A DNA stretch of 64,000 bases from Scyliorhinus canicula (GCF_902713615.1 NC_052158.1:20518546-20582545); one strand, 5' to 3'; numbered from the stretch's first letter, positions 33,831 to 47,829 are shown. Notes: generated by a model from the letters alone, not told the origin. Program-made: numbers and translations.

Positions 33831-36662
33831 ATAGCTCCTTCTCTCCAAGCAGATCCCATTGCTCTCAAACAGAGCCCATCATACCCAAACACAGCCTGCT
33901 GCCCTTCAACACAGCCCACTGCCCTCAAAACACAGCCCACTGCCCTCAAAACACAGCCCACTGCCCTCAAATCACAGCCCACTGCCCTCAAAACACAGCC
34001 CACTGCCCCTAAAGCACAGTCCACTGCCCTCAAAACACAGCCCACTGCCCTCAAAACACAGCCCATTGCCCTCAAAACACAGCCCATTGCCCTCAAAACA
34101 CAGCCCACTGCCCTCCAACACAGCCCACTGCCCTCAAAACACAGCCCACTGCCCTCAAAACACAGCCCACTGCCCTCACAACACAGCCCACTGCCCCTAA
34201 AACACAGCCCACTGCCCTCAAAACACAGCCCACTGCCCCTAAAACACAGCCCACTGCGCTCAAAACACAGTCCACTGCCCTCCAACACAGCCCACTGCCC
34301 TCAAAACACAGCCCACTGCCCTCAGAACACAGCCCACTGCCTTCAAAACACAGCCCACTGCCCTCAAAAGACAGCCAGTGTCACCCAAACAGAGCTCTTG
34401 CCTGAAAAACGCAGTCCCTGCGCTCCAAACACAGTCCCTGTCCTTTAAATAGCCCTCTGCCCACCACACATAGTAGGGCACAGTAGGGTGCCCAACCCAA
34501 ACAGAGCTCCTGTCTGGCAAACACAGACTCCTTCCCTCCAAACAGAGCCCATGCCCACAAAACACAGCCCCTGCAGTCCAAACAGTATCTGCCCTCCAAA
34601 CACAGTCCCATGCCCTCCAAACTCACCCCTGCCCACTAAACACAGCCCCTGCAGTCCAAACACAGTCCCATGCCCTTTAAACTCACCCCTGCCCTCCAAA
34701 CATAGTTCCTGCCCTCCACACATATTGCTCCTTCCCTTAAACAGCTCACTGTCCTCAAAGACAGCCCATTGCCCTCCAAACACAGCTCCTACTCTCAAAG
34801 CACAGCCTGTGCCCCCACCCCAAACAGCCCCTGCCTGCCAAACACGGCCTCTGCCCACCAAAACCACCCCTTCCCTCTAAACTGCCCTCTGCTCTACAAA
34901 CATCGTCCCTTGCCCTCCAAGCAGTCCTTGCCTTTCCAAATACATCCCCCAGCCTCCAAACACAGCCCCTTCCCTCAAACGCAGTCCACTACCCTCAAAC
35001 ACAGCCCACTACCCTCAAATACAGCCCACTGTACTCCAAACACAGCCGCTACTCTCCAAACGCCGTACGTGCCTTCCAAGCAGTGTCTGCTTACCAAACA
35101 GTCCCTTGGTCTCCAAACAGAGCCCCTGCCCTCCAACCACAGCCCCATGCTGTTCAAACACTTCTTCCTGGTCCTGCTCCCTGCCCTCCAGACATAGTCC
35201 CTGCCCTCCAAACACAATCCCTGCCATTTAAAGTTAGCCCCTGCCCTCAAACACAGTCCACTGCCCTCAAACACAGCCCACTGCCCTCAAACACAGCCCA
35301 CTGCCCTCAAACACAGCCCACTGCTCTCAAACACTGCCCACTGCCCTCAAACACAGCCCATTTCCCTCCAAACACAATTCCTACGCTCCAAACACATTTC
35401 TGCCCTCCAACAGTGTCTGCCTGCCAAACAATCCCTTGGTCTCCAAACAGAGTCCAGTGCCCTCCAAACACAATCCATGCCCTTAAAACACATCCCTCTG
35501 CCCTTCAAACACTTCCCCCTCCTTCCCAAACAAAATCCCTGTTCTCCAAACACAGCCATACTCTTCAATATAGACCCTGCCCCTCCAAACAGTGCCCACT
35601 GCACAGTCAGACCCAGCCCACTGCCCACTAAACACAGCCCCTGCTCCCAAAACGCAGTCCATACACCCCCAGACAGAACCCCTTCCTGCCAAATACAGCC
35701 CCCATCCTCCAAACACAATCCCTGCCCTCCAAAAACAGTCCCCTGCTCTCCAAATGGAGTCCCTGCTCACCAAACAGGATCCCGGCACTCCAAACACAAT
35801 CCTACTCTTCAAACATAGTCCCTTCCTTCCAAATATAGCCCCTGCACTTCCAACACAGCCCCTTGCCTTCAAACACAGCCAACTGCCCTCCAAACACTTC
35901 TCCTGCCCACTAAACACTTCTCCTGCCCTCCAAACACAATCCCAGCCCTGAAATCAGAGCCCCCACCCTCCAAACACAGTCCCCTACATTCCAAACACTT
36001 CCCCTGCCCTCCAAACACAATCCCTGCCCTCCAAACACAATCCCTGCCCTCCAAACACAATTGCTGCCCTCCAAACACAATCCCTGCCCTCCAAACACAA
36101 TCCCTGCCCTCCAAACACAATTGCTGCCCTCCAAACACAATCCCTGCCCTCCAAACACAATTGCTGCCCTCCAAACACAATCCCTGCCCTCCAAACACAA
36201 TTGCTGCCCTCCAATCTGAGCTCCCTTTCTCCAAACACATCTCCTGCCCTCTAAATACAGTACTCTGCTGTTCAAACACAGTTCCCTTTTCTTCAAACAA
36301 AGCCCCCTGCTCTCTAAATACAGCTCTCTCACTCACCAGACACCCCCAACCCTCTAAACACACTCCCACATTCTGCACTTAATTTACCATGCACATAATC
36401 CTCTCCCTTCCACATCCCTCTCTCCCTTCTACATCCCCAGCCTTACCCCATGTCCAGCCCTTCGCCACTTCCCAGTCTCTTTACCTCCCCCACAGTGTCA
36501 GTCTCTATTCTGAACCCCTTGACGTCAGCAGCCAATGAACATTCTAATTGAGGGACGTGCTTCAATGCTGGTTTCGTCATCAAGCTCACTTCCTGGAAAC
36601 AAGCTCCTCCACAGACCACCACCATGGTAACATTGGATTCCCAGACACCAGGGCAAACGCCG

Positions 36663-36906
36663 TGTAGCGCTAACAATTATACTCAAAGACGAGAGACTAG
36701 TACAATCGAGGCTTTATTGCTGTGCGATGCTATTCCTCCAGCTGCAACTGTAGACTAGGGTCTGAGTGACTCACACGCATATTTATACACCAGCTCCCTG
36801 TGGGCGGAGCTAGCCGGCAGGGGCTTACCGGAGGAACCTGTATTACAGGTACAGGCATACATCCCCCTACTGCAGTACACATAACTACAGTGGTTATCTC
36901 ACCACA
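36663..36906 (-). mobile_element. Solo LTR, 244 bp, 5-bp TSD CGCCG
   Basis: TG...CA termini; CGCCG at 36658-36662 and 36907-36911; AATAAA and TATA on the minus strand. Confidence 0.9.
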
Positions 36907-37299
36907 CGCCGTACAACATGATCCTTGTGTTGCTAAATTAGCATCACAGTGCAGATCTGTACACAGTAGCTTTTTGTTGCTTGGAATCCTCTTTCCTCTC
37001 TGTGACTTATTTACTCGATTTACACTTGTGGAGAAACAGAGGGAATAGAAATTTGGTTGCATGCCGCATTATCGATTAACCACCCAATGATGGTTCCAAT
37101 GGGAGGGGAAAGGGACAATGCTGGAAAATCTCAGCAAGTCTAGCAGCATCTGTAGGGAGAGAAAAGAGCTAACGTTTCGAGCTAACGTCCCTCTCGTTTC
37201 AGATTCCAGCACCCGCAGTAATTTGCTTTTATCCATGGTTCCAATGGGATTGTAGATTCTCTCATAAAGTAAAAGAGGTGGTCAATGAGGAAAGGGTTT

Positions 37300-38110
37300 G
37301 GGTACAAGGAAAAATACAGCCCAGGAACAGGCCCTTCGGCCCTTCAAGCCTGTACCGGTCATGATACCAACCTTGGCCAAAACCCTCAGCACTTCCTTGT
37401 GCCGTAACCCTCTATTCCCATCCTATCCATGTATTTGTCGAGATGCCTTAATATATCTGCTTCCACAACATACCCTGGCAGCGCGTTCCAGGCACTCACC
37501 ACCCTCTGTGTTAAAAAACCTTCCTCGCACATCTCTTGGCAGCACAGTAGCACAGTGGTTAGCACTGTTGCTCCACAGCACCAGGGTCACAAGTTCGAAT
37601 CCTGGCTTGGGTCATTGTCTGCGCGGAGTCTGCACGTTCTCCCCGTGTCTGTGTGGGTTTCCTCCGGGTGCTCCAGTTTCCTCCCACATGTCCCAATAGA
37701 TGTGCTATTAGGTAATTTAGACATTCTGAATTCTCCCTCAGCATACCCAAACAGGCACCGGAATGTGGTGACGAGGGGATTTTCAGAGTAACTTCATTGC
37801 AGTGTAAATGTAAGCCTACTTGTGACAATAAATATTATTATTAATACCCCCTAAACGTTTCCCCATGGACCTTAAACCTATGCCCCTGTTGACTGACCTC
37901 TTCCACCCTGGGAAAGAGTGCCTGTCCATCCACTCTATCCATGCCCATCATAATCTTGGAGACCTCTATCAGGTCGCCCTCAACCTCCGTCTTTCTAATG
38001 AAAACAGACCGTCTATTCAGCCTCTCTGCATAGCTAACACCCTCCAGACCAGCCAACATCCTGGTAACCTCCTCTGCATCTTCTCCAAAGCGTCCACATC
38101 CTTCTGGAAG
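37300..38110 (-). mobile_element. CR1 3' end with nested HE1-head SINE (+, ~37538-37842)
   Basis: CR1 tail GGAACAGGCCCTTCGGCCC; resumes after the SINE. Confidence 0.85.
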
Positions 38111-39239
38111 TGTGGGTGTATGAATTTACAAAACTATTTGATGAAGCATCACAGACTAGACCTGTCAGCAGTATTAAAGCCCATTGGGGTTAAAGGAGCA
38201 GTGGAAGTGTGGATATGGAATTGGCGAAGGGGTGGGGAAGTAAAGAGGCGTGATGACTGATTGCTTTTCAGACTGGAAGACAGAGGTGGTCTCCAGGAGC
38301 CGATAGTTGACTACAGCTCGGTATTAATGAACAGACCCTGGGTGTCCAGGACCGATTTTCAAAGTTTGCAGATGGTAGAAAACTCAGAAATGTAGCAAAC
38401 AGTGAGGGAGACAGTGAAAGTTTTCGATGAGAAAAAATTTGTTGAAATGCAGACACATGGCAGATGAAACCTAACTCGGAGAATTGTCATGTGATTCATT
38501 TTGCCAGGAAGCAATGGAACAATTAGTACAGGAACAGGTCTGAGGGGTGTGCCCACATGAATCTTGGAAGGTGGCATGTGAATTTGATGCAGTCATTAAA
38601 ATAATTTAAGCGATCCTTGGCTTTATGAATAGAGGTACAGAATATAAAAGCAAAGAAATTACACTAAAACATGATAAACCCGGCCAAGGCCACAGATGGA
38701 ATACTGCCGTCAATTCTGGGAATCACACATTCGGGCTGCAGTGACCTGAGGGAAAGTGTGGACAAGTTGAGGAAGAGAATCAAGGCAGATAGGAAAGACT
38801 TCAGGAATGTGCCGAGGCTGAAGAAACTGGGGCGTTGCCTTGGAGAACCGCATGGGCACAGTTGATAAGAGACTGATCTGAGTGTCAAAATGACCAGTAA
38901 CCACAGGTTTCAGATTGAAGTTGGTTGGGAAACTGGCTGGAAGCAGGTTCAATGGTAACTTTCAAAGTATATTAGATAAATACTTGAAGGCTATGGGAAA
39001 ATAGCAATGTTTCTGGACCAAATTGGGTCACTTTGTCAAAGAGCATAATATGTCAAACGGCATGTGTCTGTGCTGTACGTGATTAATGGTTCTGGTATAT
39101 ATTGTCGCCCCAAATAAAGATGTCCTCCTTTGGCTTTGGAACTGTGAGGGGAAGTAAGATATGTTAAGCCATTATGCATAGTCAACAACCCTGGGATTTT
39201 ACTGAACTGTCAGAATTATATTTTACAGAGAGAGTGCAA

Positions 39240-39520
39240 ACTCACGACAACTACCATCTCGAAGGACAAGGGCAGCAGATACGTGTGAACACCGCTACTT
39301 GGAAGTGCCCCTCCAAGTCATTCACCATCCTGACTTGGAAATACATTATCATTCCTTCGCTGTCGCTGGGTCAAAATCCAGGAACTCCCTCCCTGACAGC
39401 ACAGTGGGTTTACCGGCACCATATGGACTGCAGCGGTTCTAGAAGGCAGATTACCACCACCTCCTCAAGAGCAATTAGGAATGGGGAACCTATGCTGCCT
39501 AGCCAGCAACGCACACATCC
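39240..39520 (+). mobile_element. LINE/DeuSINE-type 3' tail
   Basis: AAGGACAAGGGCAGCAGATAC...CCTGACTTGGAAATA...GGACTGCAGCGGTTC.AGAAGGCAG; family not securely assigned. Confidence 0.5.
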
Positions 39521-39934
39521 CCCAAAAAAAAAATTAAAACAAGTTAATAAATCATTGGTGGACTAGATGCAAGAAGTGCAATTGCTGAAAGACTGCACCG
39601 ATCGGAAAATGGGTAACTTGAACTTCATTGTTGGTCTGAGTCAAGCCAAATGGTTCATTTTAATACAACAAGCAAAAAAAGTGCCCCCTCCCTCAACACA
39701 ATTAGCAACACAAATAAACACAGCTACATAGACAGAAAACAGTGTAACATTGTAGGTATCAGGCATGATTCATTAACAGCTATCTTGCATCGGAATCAGA
39801 GGCTTGTGTGATCATATCCAACTGCAGAGCACAAAGTCATAATTCCAGTGAAGAACTGAGGGAGTGTTGCAGCATTGATTATCCAATGAGATTTCAATGC
39901 AAGGCACCGTTTGACCTCTCAGATGAACATAAGA

Positions 39935-40116
39935 ATCTCCGGTTCTCCAGCCGCGCGTTTTTCGGCGGCACGCTGTTCACTAGCAACGGGATTCTCTATT
40001 CCCGTCACTTGTCAATGGGATTTCCCATTGGAGCCATCCCATGTAGTCGGGAAACCCGTGAACAGGAGTGCGTCGCTGGCAGGAATAAAGAATCACAACG
40101 GCCAGAGAATTCCAGC
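39935..40116. mobile_element. Short GC-rich MITE fragment
   Basis: GTTCTCCAGCC ... CCAGAGAATTCCAGCC; same internal motif as the 6803 and 9009 copies. Confidence 0.55.
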
Positions 40117-40259
40117 CAAGACACACTACCACACTTTTCTGAAGAAGAGTAGGGACGTTATCTCAGATGTCCCTCACCAATATTGATCCAGCAACCAATA
40201 ACGCTCAAAACAGATGGTCTAATTCAGCGGTGCACAAAATGTCGATCGTGGTCGACCTG

Positions 40260-42000
40260 GAACGACGCATGGGACGGTGGCACAAATGGCGTAGCGCATT
40301 TGAGTTTAGGACCCTGGCGGACGCAGAGCGTTGTTAAGCTCAGATAGAGAAAGAGGACTTGGCAGTGATTTTTGGTACAAAGAAGTTCCATCAGTACGTT
40401 TACGGGTGACATTTTCTTATTGACACGGACCACAAGCCGCTGCTCACCTTCATCTGGGTGGACAGGGGAATCCCACCAGTTACATCAGCCATGATCCGGC
40501 ATTGGACACTCCTGCTCACTGCTTATGAATACTCATTCGGGCACTGATTGGGTCCCAAATTGCCTATGACTCGCCAATGATGGATGAGGCAATTGCAACT
40601 CTAAAATTTCATGGACACCTTACCGGTGTCAGCTGCTCAGGGGTGCACATGGATGCAGCACGACCTGGAATTGGCAGTGTTCCACCACATGCTAGTAATT
40701 GGGGGGAAACGGACAGCCTTCCGGTATCCCTCCAGTTTTTCACCCAGAAGTTCTCCGAACATAGTCCAGAAGACGGGATCATATTGTGGGATGCTCGTGT
40801 GGTCACCCCTCCACAGGGTCAGGATGCCCTGCTATAGGATCTGCACAGTAGCCATCTGAGACGAGAATGTTGGCCCGCAGTTATGTCTGGTGCTCCGGCA
40901 TCAATGCAGACATTGAGAGGGTCATGCGCAGCTCTCCGGCGTGCCAGGAGCATCAGAAACTCCCACTGACAGCCTCCCTCCCTCCATCCTCGGCAATGGC
41001 CAGGACACCCAGGGATTCGCCTACATGTAGATTTTGAAGGACCCTTCATGGGGTCCATGCTCCTTGCGATCATGACTAGAGGTGACCTCCACAACATGCA
41101 TAGCCATGATAGAGAAACTCCGGACCTGTTTTAGCACCGATGGGAACCCTGAGGTCCTGGTGAGAGATAATGGGACATCATTCACTCGCAAGGAATTTGC
41201 CGTGTTTATAAAGAGGAACAACATTCAACATATTCGCACCTTCCCGTATCATCCCTCCTCCAATGGCTTAGCGGAAAGAGTGGTCCAGAGCTTCAAAAAA
41301 GGTTTGAATAAGCAATCCACTGGGTCCTTGGATATGCGACTGGTATATTTTAGTTATTGCACGACGCCACGTGTGACGATGGGAATCGCCCCCATGGCGC
41401 TGTTGATGGACCGAAGGCTCAGGACCTGGTTGAGTCTGACATTCCCAAGTCTCGGCAGGAAATTAGCCGTCAGCAGGAGACGCAGCAGAGGCACCACGAT
41501 TTGAGGTCACCACCACGGCGGACGTTTCACACAGGGGATGCCGTCTATGTCATTTTGGAGATGAAGCACTGTGGCTCCCAGGAGTACAGCTGGAACAAAC
41601 TGATCCGGTTTTATATAAAGTACAGGAGCAGGAGAAGGTCCACAGAAGCACTTGGACCACCTGCGGAATGGAGGACCCGTATTTCAGGACACTCGATGGG
41701 CAGCCTCTGTCGCACTTGGCACTACCACACAACCTGGGGCCCCAGCCATCCGGGTCATAGCGCCCGATCCAACAAGAGGAGGATGACTCTGGATTAGAGC
41801 TGGACACAGAATAATGTTTACCGGCGAGCGAAGGCATGTCCGGAACCGAGGTCCCGGTAGTGACTTTTCACTGTTGGCCAGGAAACGGCGGATGGCAAAC
41901 CGATACACTCTGTCCGACCCAGAGCCACCGTGTATGGAAACGCAGCCACACGCAAAACAGTGCAGAAAATCCCCATCATTGGCTGAAGGGGGATGTTTGG
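40260..42000 (+). pseudogene. Degenerate Gypsy pol (RNase H - integrase)
   Basis: LAVIFGTKKFHQYVYG..TDHKPL; HVDFEGPF; RDNGTSFT; PYHPSSNGLAERVVQSFK; purine tracts near 41985-42017 suggest a following LTR. Confidence 0.85.
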
Positions 42001-42028
42001 ACTTTGTGGGGAGGGGTGTCACAGAACA

Positions 42029-42356
42029 CACAGAACATAGAACATACAGTGCAGAAGGAGGCCATTCAGCCCATCGAGACTGCACCAATTCACTTAAGCT
42101 CTCACTTCTACCCTATCCACGTAACCCAAAAACCCGTCCAAACCTTTTTGGTCACTAAGGGCAATTTATCATGGCCAATCTACCTAACCTGCACGTCTTT
42201 GGACTGTGGGAGGAAAGTGGAGCACCCGGGGGAAACCCACGCAGACACGGGGAGAACGTGCAGACTCTGCACAGACAGTGACTCAGCGGGGAATCGAACC
42301 TGCGACCCTGGCGCTGTGAAGCCACAGTGCTATCCACTTGTGCTACTGTGCTGCCC
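42029..42356 (-). mobile_element. HE1-type V-SINE
   Basis: Reverse-complement head, core and tail. Confidence 0.9.
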
Positions 42357-42761
42357 AAACCCTCACGAGGACCAAGGGGAAACCATCATTGATCTCCCTG
42401 TGGGAGTGTGGAGTACGAGCTTCCCAGGCCAGGAGCGGAGGTCACCTGGGACTCATTATGAACTCAGAAAAGCAGGCCTAAAACAGGGCCTGGAGGTGGT
42501 TAGTTCTCCCAGCAAGCACTATACTGGGAGTGATATGCTGCCTTGAACAGAACTTCATAAATAGTCAAATAAATCGATGTTCATTTATCGCCAGCCTCCT
42601 CTGAGCTTCAAATAATTAAACTAGGTTAAAATTCTGGAACCTTTGACCACAAAAGTACCAGATTGTTGTAAAAACCCGACCTGCTTTATCAGTGCCCTTT
42701 CAGGGAGGAAATCTTTGCATAATAATGTGCAAGAGTGCTCTTGGTGCATATTTCTTCTGTT

Positions 42762-42922
42762 TGAAAATCGCTTATTGTCACAAGTAGGCTTCAAATAAAG
42801 TTACTGTGAAAAGCCCCGAGTCGCCACATTCCGGCGCCTGTTCAGGGAGGCTGGTACGGGACCGTGCTGCTGGCCTGCCTCGGTCTGCTTTCAAAGCCAG
42901 CGATTTAGCCCTGTGCTAAACC
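42762..42922 (-). mobile_element. Short SINE family 2
   Basis: Reverse complement of the family consensus. Confidence 0.85.
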
Positions 42923-43644
42923 ATCTACAGGCGGGCAGTATCAGGCCGAAATTGTGCAACTTGTTTGAATGTCCCTGTGAGGGAGGGTGGGAATATCCCA
43001 CTGGTGGTTTATGCCAGGATGACTGTCGAATAAAATCAGATCATTAAATCTGATTGCTGTCCATGACAGCTTGCTGTAAATTGACTGCTGTGTTTCTCAC
43101 ATGACAAAAGTGATTTCACTTGAAAAGTGCTTTGAAGCACTTTGGGAGGTAATGAAATGCGGATCGTTCTTTGTTGTATGATTCATGTCAGCAATAGGCC
43201 AAAAATGACTGACCACCAAGGCTAGGAAAAGCTATTGGTGAGGGAGCAAGAGCAGCAGCACCACATTTACAAGAGTTGTTGGGAGGAAGTGGCATTGTCT
43301 GTGTTTGAAATGTTGCTAACCGGCACGGTGGCTCCACAATAAGCCGATGGGGACAGGCTATGTGACAGCGATGCATCATCACTGACTATTACCATAGAAA
43401 AACCACACATAAGTACTCCTGCAGGTCTCAAATGCTGAGGTGTCTTCGTGGCAGCTACTGCCACTCTCGTGTCTGGATCAAGAAATAAATACATTTTCTA
43501 CCAATCTTGATTATTAACAGCAACTGCTAATGCCAGTATCCTTTGCTGCATTAGATTTATTAAGACAGTTATTCTCAGAGTTTGGAGAATAGTGACCTTA
43601 ATTCACTATTTTGAAAAATATTTTTACTGGTGTTTTGAGTTATA

Positions 43645-46255
43645 GAAAGAAAACATAGACCATAGAGCATAGAACTGTGCAGCACTGTACAGGCCCTTCG
43701 GCCCACGATGTTGTGCCGAACTAGTCTGAAACTAAGATCAAATCAACCTACTCCCAATCATTCTCGTGCACTCCATATGCCTATCCAATTGAAAGTTCCT
43801 AAAGTGTCCATTTCCACTACCATAGCTGGGAGTGTGTTCCATGCCCCAACCACTCTCTGAGTAAAGAACCTACCTCTGACATCCCTCCTGTATCTACCAT
43901 GAACCTTATAGTTATGCCCCCTTCTAACAGCTACATCCACCCGAGGAATAAGTCGCTGAACGTCGACTCTATCTATCTCTCTCATTATCTGATACACCTC
44001 AATTAAGTCACCTCTCATCCTCCTTTGCTCCAATGAGATAGCCCTAGCTCCCTCAACCTTTCCTCATAAGACCTACCCTCCAATCCAGGCAGCATCTTGG
44101 TAAATCTCCTTTGCATCCTTTCCAATGCTTCCACATCCTTCCTATAATGAGGTGACCAGAACTGCACACAATACTCCAAACATGGTCCAACCAAACTCTT
44201 GTACAGTTGCAGCACAACCTCACTGCTCTTAAACTCAATCCCCCTGTTAATAAATGCTAACACACTATAGGCTTTCTTCACGGCTCGATCCACTTGGGTG
44301 GCAACTTTCAGAGATCTATGGACATGAACTCTGAAATCTCTTTGCTCCTCCACATTCTTCAGAACCCTGCCGTTACCCCTGTAATCCGCTTTCAAATTTG
44401 TCCTACCAAAATGAATCACCTCACACTTACCAGGGTTAAACTCCATCTGCCACTTTTCAGTCCAGCTCTGCATCCCATCAATGTCTCTTTGCAGCCTAGA
44501 ACAGCCCTCACATTATCCACTACTCCACCAATCTTGGTGTCATCAGCAAATTTACTAACCCAACCTTCAACTCCATCATCCAAGTCATTGATAAAAATCA
44601 CAAATAGCAGAGGACCCAGCACTGATCCCTGTGGTACACCGCTGGTGACTGGGCTCCAGGATGAAAATTTACCATCTACCACCATCCTCTGTCCTCTATG
44701 TGATAGCCAGTTACTGATCCAATCAGCCAAATTTCTCACTATGCCATGCCTCCTTACTTTCTGCATGAGCCGACCATGGGGCACCTTATCAAACGCCTCA
44801 CTAAAATCTATGTATACAACATCAACTGCTCTACCTTCATCTATGTACTTAGTTACCTCCTCAAAGAATACAATCAAACTTGTGAGGCAAGTCTTACCCC
44901 TCACAAATCCGTGCTGACTATCCTGGATTAAGCTGTATCTTTCCAAATGATCATAAATCCTATCCCTCAGGACCCTTTCCAATAATTTACCTACGACCGA
45001 AGTGAGACTAACTGGCCTATAATTCCCAGGGTTATACCTATTTCCTTTCTTGAACAAGGGGACAACATTCACCTCTCCAGTCTTCTGGCACTATTCCAGT
45101 AGATGTGAGGACATAAAGATCAAAGCCAAAGGCTCTGCAATCTCATCCCTCGCCTCCCAAGGAATCCTCGGATATATCCCATCAGGCCCAGGGGACTTAT
45201 CTATCCTCAGGCTTCTCAAAATTTCTAACATATCTTCCTTCCGAATATCTACCTCCTCCATCCTACGAGCCTGTATCGCACTATCCTCCTCAACAACATG
45301 GCCCCTCTCCTTTGTGAACACTGAAGAAAAGTATTCATTTAGGGCCTCTCCTATATCTTCAGACTCCATGCAGACGTTCCCACTATTGTCCTTGACCGGC
45401 CCTAACTTCACCTTGGTCATTTTTTTATTCCTCACAGAAATGTAAAAAGCCTTGGGGTTTTCCTTGATCCTACTGTCAAGGACTTCTCATGCCCCTCCGG
45501 AGCTCTCCGAAGCCCTTTCCTGAGCTCCTTCCTAGCTATCTTGTATCCCTCAAGTGCCCTAACTGAGCCTTGTTTTCTCATCCTTACATAAGCCCCCTTC
45601 TTCCTCTTGAAAAGACATTCAACCTCTTTTGTAAACATGGTTCCCTCAGTCGATCATTTCCTCCCTGCCTGACAGGGACATACATTTCAAGGACATGCAG
45701 TATTTGCTCCTTGAACAAGCTCCACATCTCAATTGTGCCTATCCCTGACAGTTCCTGTTTCCATCTTATGCTCTTGAATTCTTGCCTAATCGCAATGTAA
45801 TTACCCTTCCCCCAGTTATAAACCTTGCCCTGCCATATGTGCCTATCCCTCTTCATTGCTATTGTGAAAGTCACTGAATTGTGGGCACTATCTCCAAAGT
45901 GTTCTCTCACAACCAAATCTAACACTTGGCCTGGTTCATTACCCAGTACCAAATCCAATGTGGCCCCCCTCTTGTCGGTCTATCCACATATGGTGTGAGG
46001 AAACCTTCCTGCACACACTTGATAAAAACAGCCCCATCCAAACTATTCGAATTATAGTGGTTCCAATCAATATTTGGAAAGTTAAAGTCACCCATGACAA
46101 CTGCCCTGTGACGACCTCACCTATCCAAAATCTGTTTGCAATCTTTTCCTCCACATCTCTGTTACTGTTTGGGGGCCTATAGAAAACTCCTAACAAAGTG
46201 ACCGCTCCTTTCCTATTTCTAACTTCAGCCCACACTACCTCGTAGACAGATCTTC
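43645..46255 (-). mobile_element. CR1 LINE ORF2 (endonuclease C-part plus RT), frameshifted
   Basis: [54 protein letters not shown]. Confidence 0.93.
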
Positions 46256-46289
46256 CTCTTCCTCTCCACAGAGCCCCAGGAGTGTCTCA

Positions 46290-46760
46290 ACTCTCTGGCG
46301 TATGACTGCAAGCCCCAGACTAAGGACTTTGTCTACCTTGCTCCCACTCTGACCTTTCTGTTCTTGGCACAATGGAGCTCGATGCAAGCTCGAGGAACAG
46401 AACTTCACCTTTCAGCGCAGCACTCTCCAGCCACCTGGGTATAATATTGAATTCAACAATTGTAGAACAGAACCACAGCCTCATCCTGTTTTTTTTTTTG
46501 CTGTATTGTTTTTTTCTTTATCCCATTTAATTGCATTCATATAGCTGCTATTTAGCTGTTCACATCTCAACTGCAGCCACCCTTTATCCTTTCAGCACTG
46601 TCTTTGGCTTCTGAAATCTTCTTGCTAGTTAATCTCGCCTGTCCTCCATACTATCACAGACCTTCCCTTCTGTTTGTCCTGCCCTCGTGCCTTCTACTGC
46701 ATAAAGAACTCTTATGTTTCTATCTGTTGCTAGTACTGATCTTGACTACCGCTGAAAATA
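46290..46760 (+). mobile_element. Penelope-like element 3' fragment
   Basis: GCAAGCTCGAGGAACAG.AC.TCA.CTTTC...AATATTGAATTCAACAATT resembles the GIY-YIG C-terminal coding end; assignment from memory. Confidence 0.55.
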
Positions 46761-46869
46761 AAAAGGGACAAGCTGGACTGGATTTTCCAGTCCCCCGGCT
46801 ATGTCTTTCTTGGTGGTTGTTTGCAAGTGCCAAGATTCTCTCTTCCTGCCACTTGGCAATGGAATCTCC

Positions 46870-47829
46870 CATGAATGGGATATTCCATCTGAAAAGAGGA
46901 ACTGATGGCATTGTTGCCAAGTTTGCAGATGATGCAAAGATATGCAGAGTGACAGTTAGTGTTGAGGAAGTGGGTAGGCTGTAGAAGGGCCTGGACAGGC
47001 TAGGGGAATGGGCAAATAAGTGGCAGATGGAATACAACGTGGAGAAGTGTGTGATTATGCATTTTGGTGGGAAAAGAGAGGCATAGACTATTTTCTAAAT
47101 GGGAAAAGGCTTCATAAATCAGAAGCACAAATTGACTTAGAAGTCCTAATTCAATATTCTCTTAAGGTTAACATGCATGTTCAGTTGGCAGTTAGGAAGG
47201 CAATTGCAATGTTAGCATTCATGTTGAGATGGCTAGAATACAAGAGCAGGATGTACTGCTGAGGTTGTATAAGGCTCTGGTCAGACGCCATTTTTGAGCA
47301 GTTTGGGGCCCTATATCTAAGGAAGGATGTGCTGGACTTGGAGAGTGTCCAGAGGAGGTTCACAAGAATGATCCCTGGAATGAAGAACTTGTCGTATGAA
47401 CAGAGGTTGAGGACTCTGGGTCTGGACACAATGGAGTTTAGAAGGATGAGGGGGGATCTCATTAAAATTTACAGAATACTGAGAGGCCGAGATAGAGTGG
47501 ATGTGGAGAGGATCTTTCCACTAGTGGGAGAACCTGAGGCCACAGCATCAGACTGAAGGGACGATCCATTAAAGCAGAGATGAGGAGGAATTTCTTCAGC
47601 CAGAGGGTGGTGAATCTGTGGAACACTTTGCCGCAGAAGGCTGTGGAGGCCAATTCACTGAGTGTCTTTAAGACAGAGATAGATAGGTTCTTGATTACTA
47701 AGGGGATCAGGGGTTATGGGGAGAAGGCAGGAGAATGGCAATGAGAAACATATCAGCCATGATTGAATGGTGGAGCAGACTCGATGGGCTGAGTGGCCTA
47801 ATTCTGCTCCTATGCCTTATGGTCTTATG
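46870..47829 (+). mobile_element. CR1 LINE 3' end
   Basis: IVAKFADDAKIC; (CTTATG) tail. Confidence 0.9.

Larger units (their letters stand above)
31380..36380 (+). repeat. ~5 kb C/A-rich minisatellite of diverged 19-21 bp units (CAAACACAGCCC(A/C)CTGCCCT)
   Basis: Continuous degenerate units; homogeneous 21-bp array ~33910-34370, 20-bp arrays ~35240-35360 and 36001-36210. Confidence 0.95.

Noticed and set aside
33908-36210. CRISPR-like arrays
   Set aside because: Contiguous tandem repeats without unique spacers, in a vertebrate genome.
31844-36378. Long ORFs (e.g. 310 aa and 239 aa) with PSKHSPL/TQPTALK heptads as a mucin-like gene
   Set aside because: They arise from stop-free 21-bp repeat units that are open in several frames and on both strands, are interrupted by SINEs, and have no splice context.
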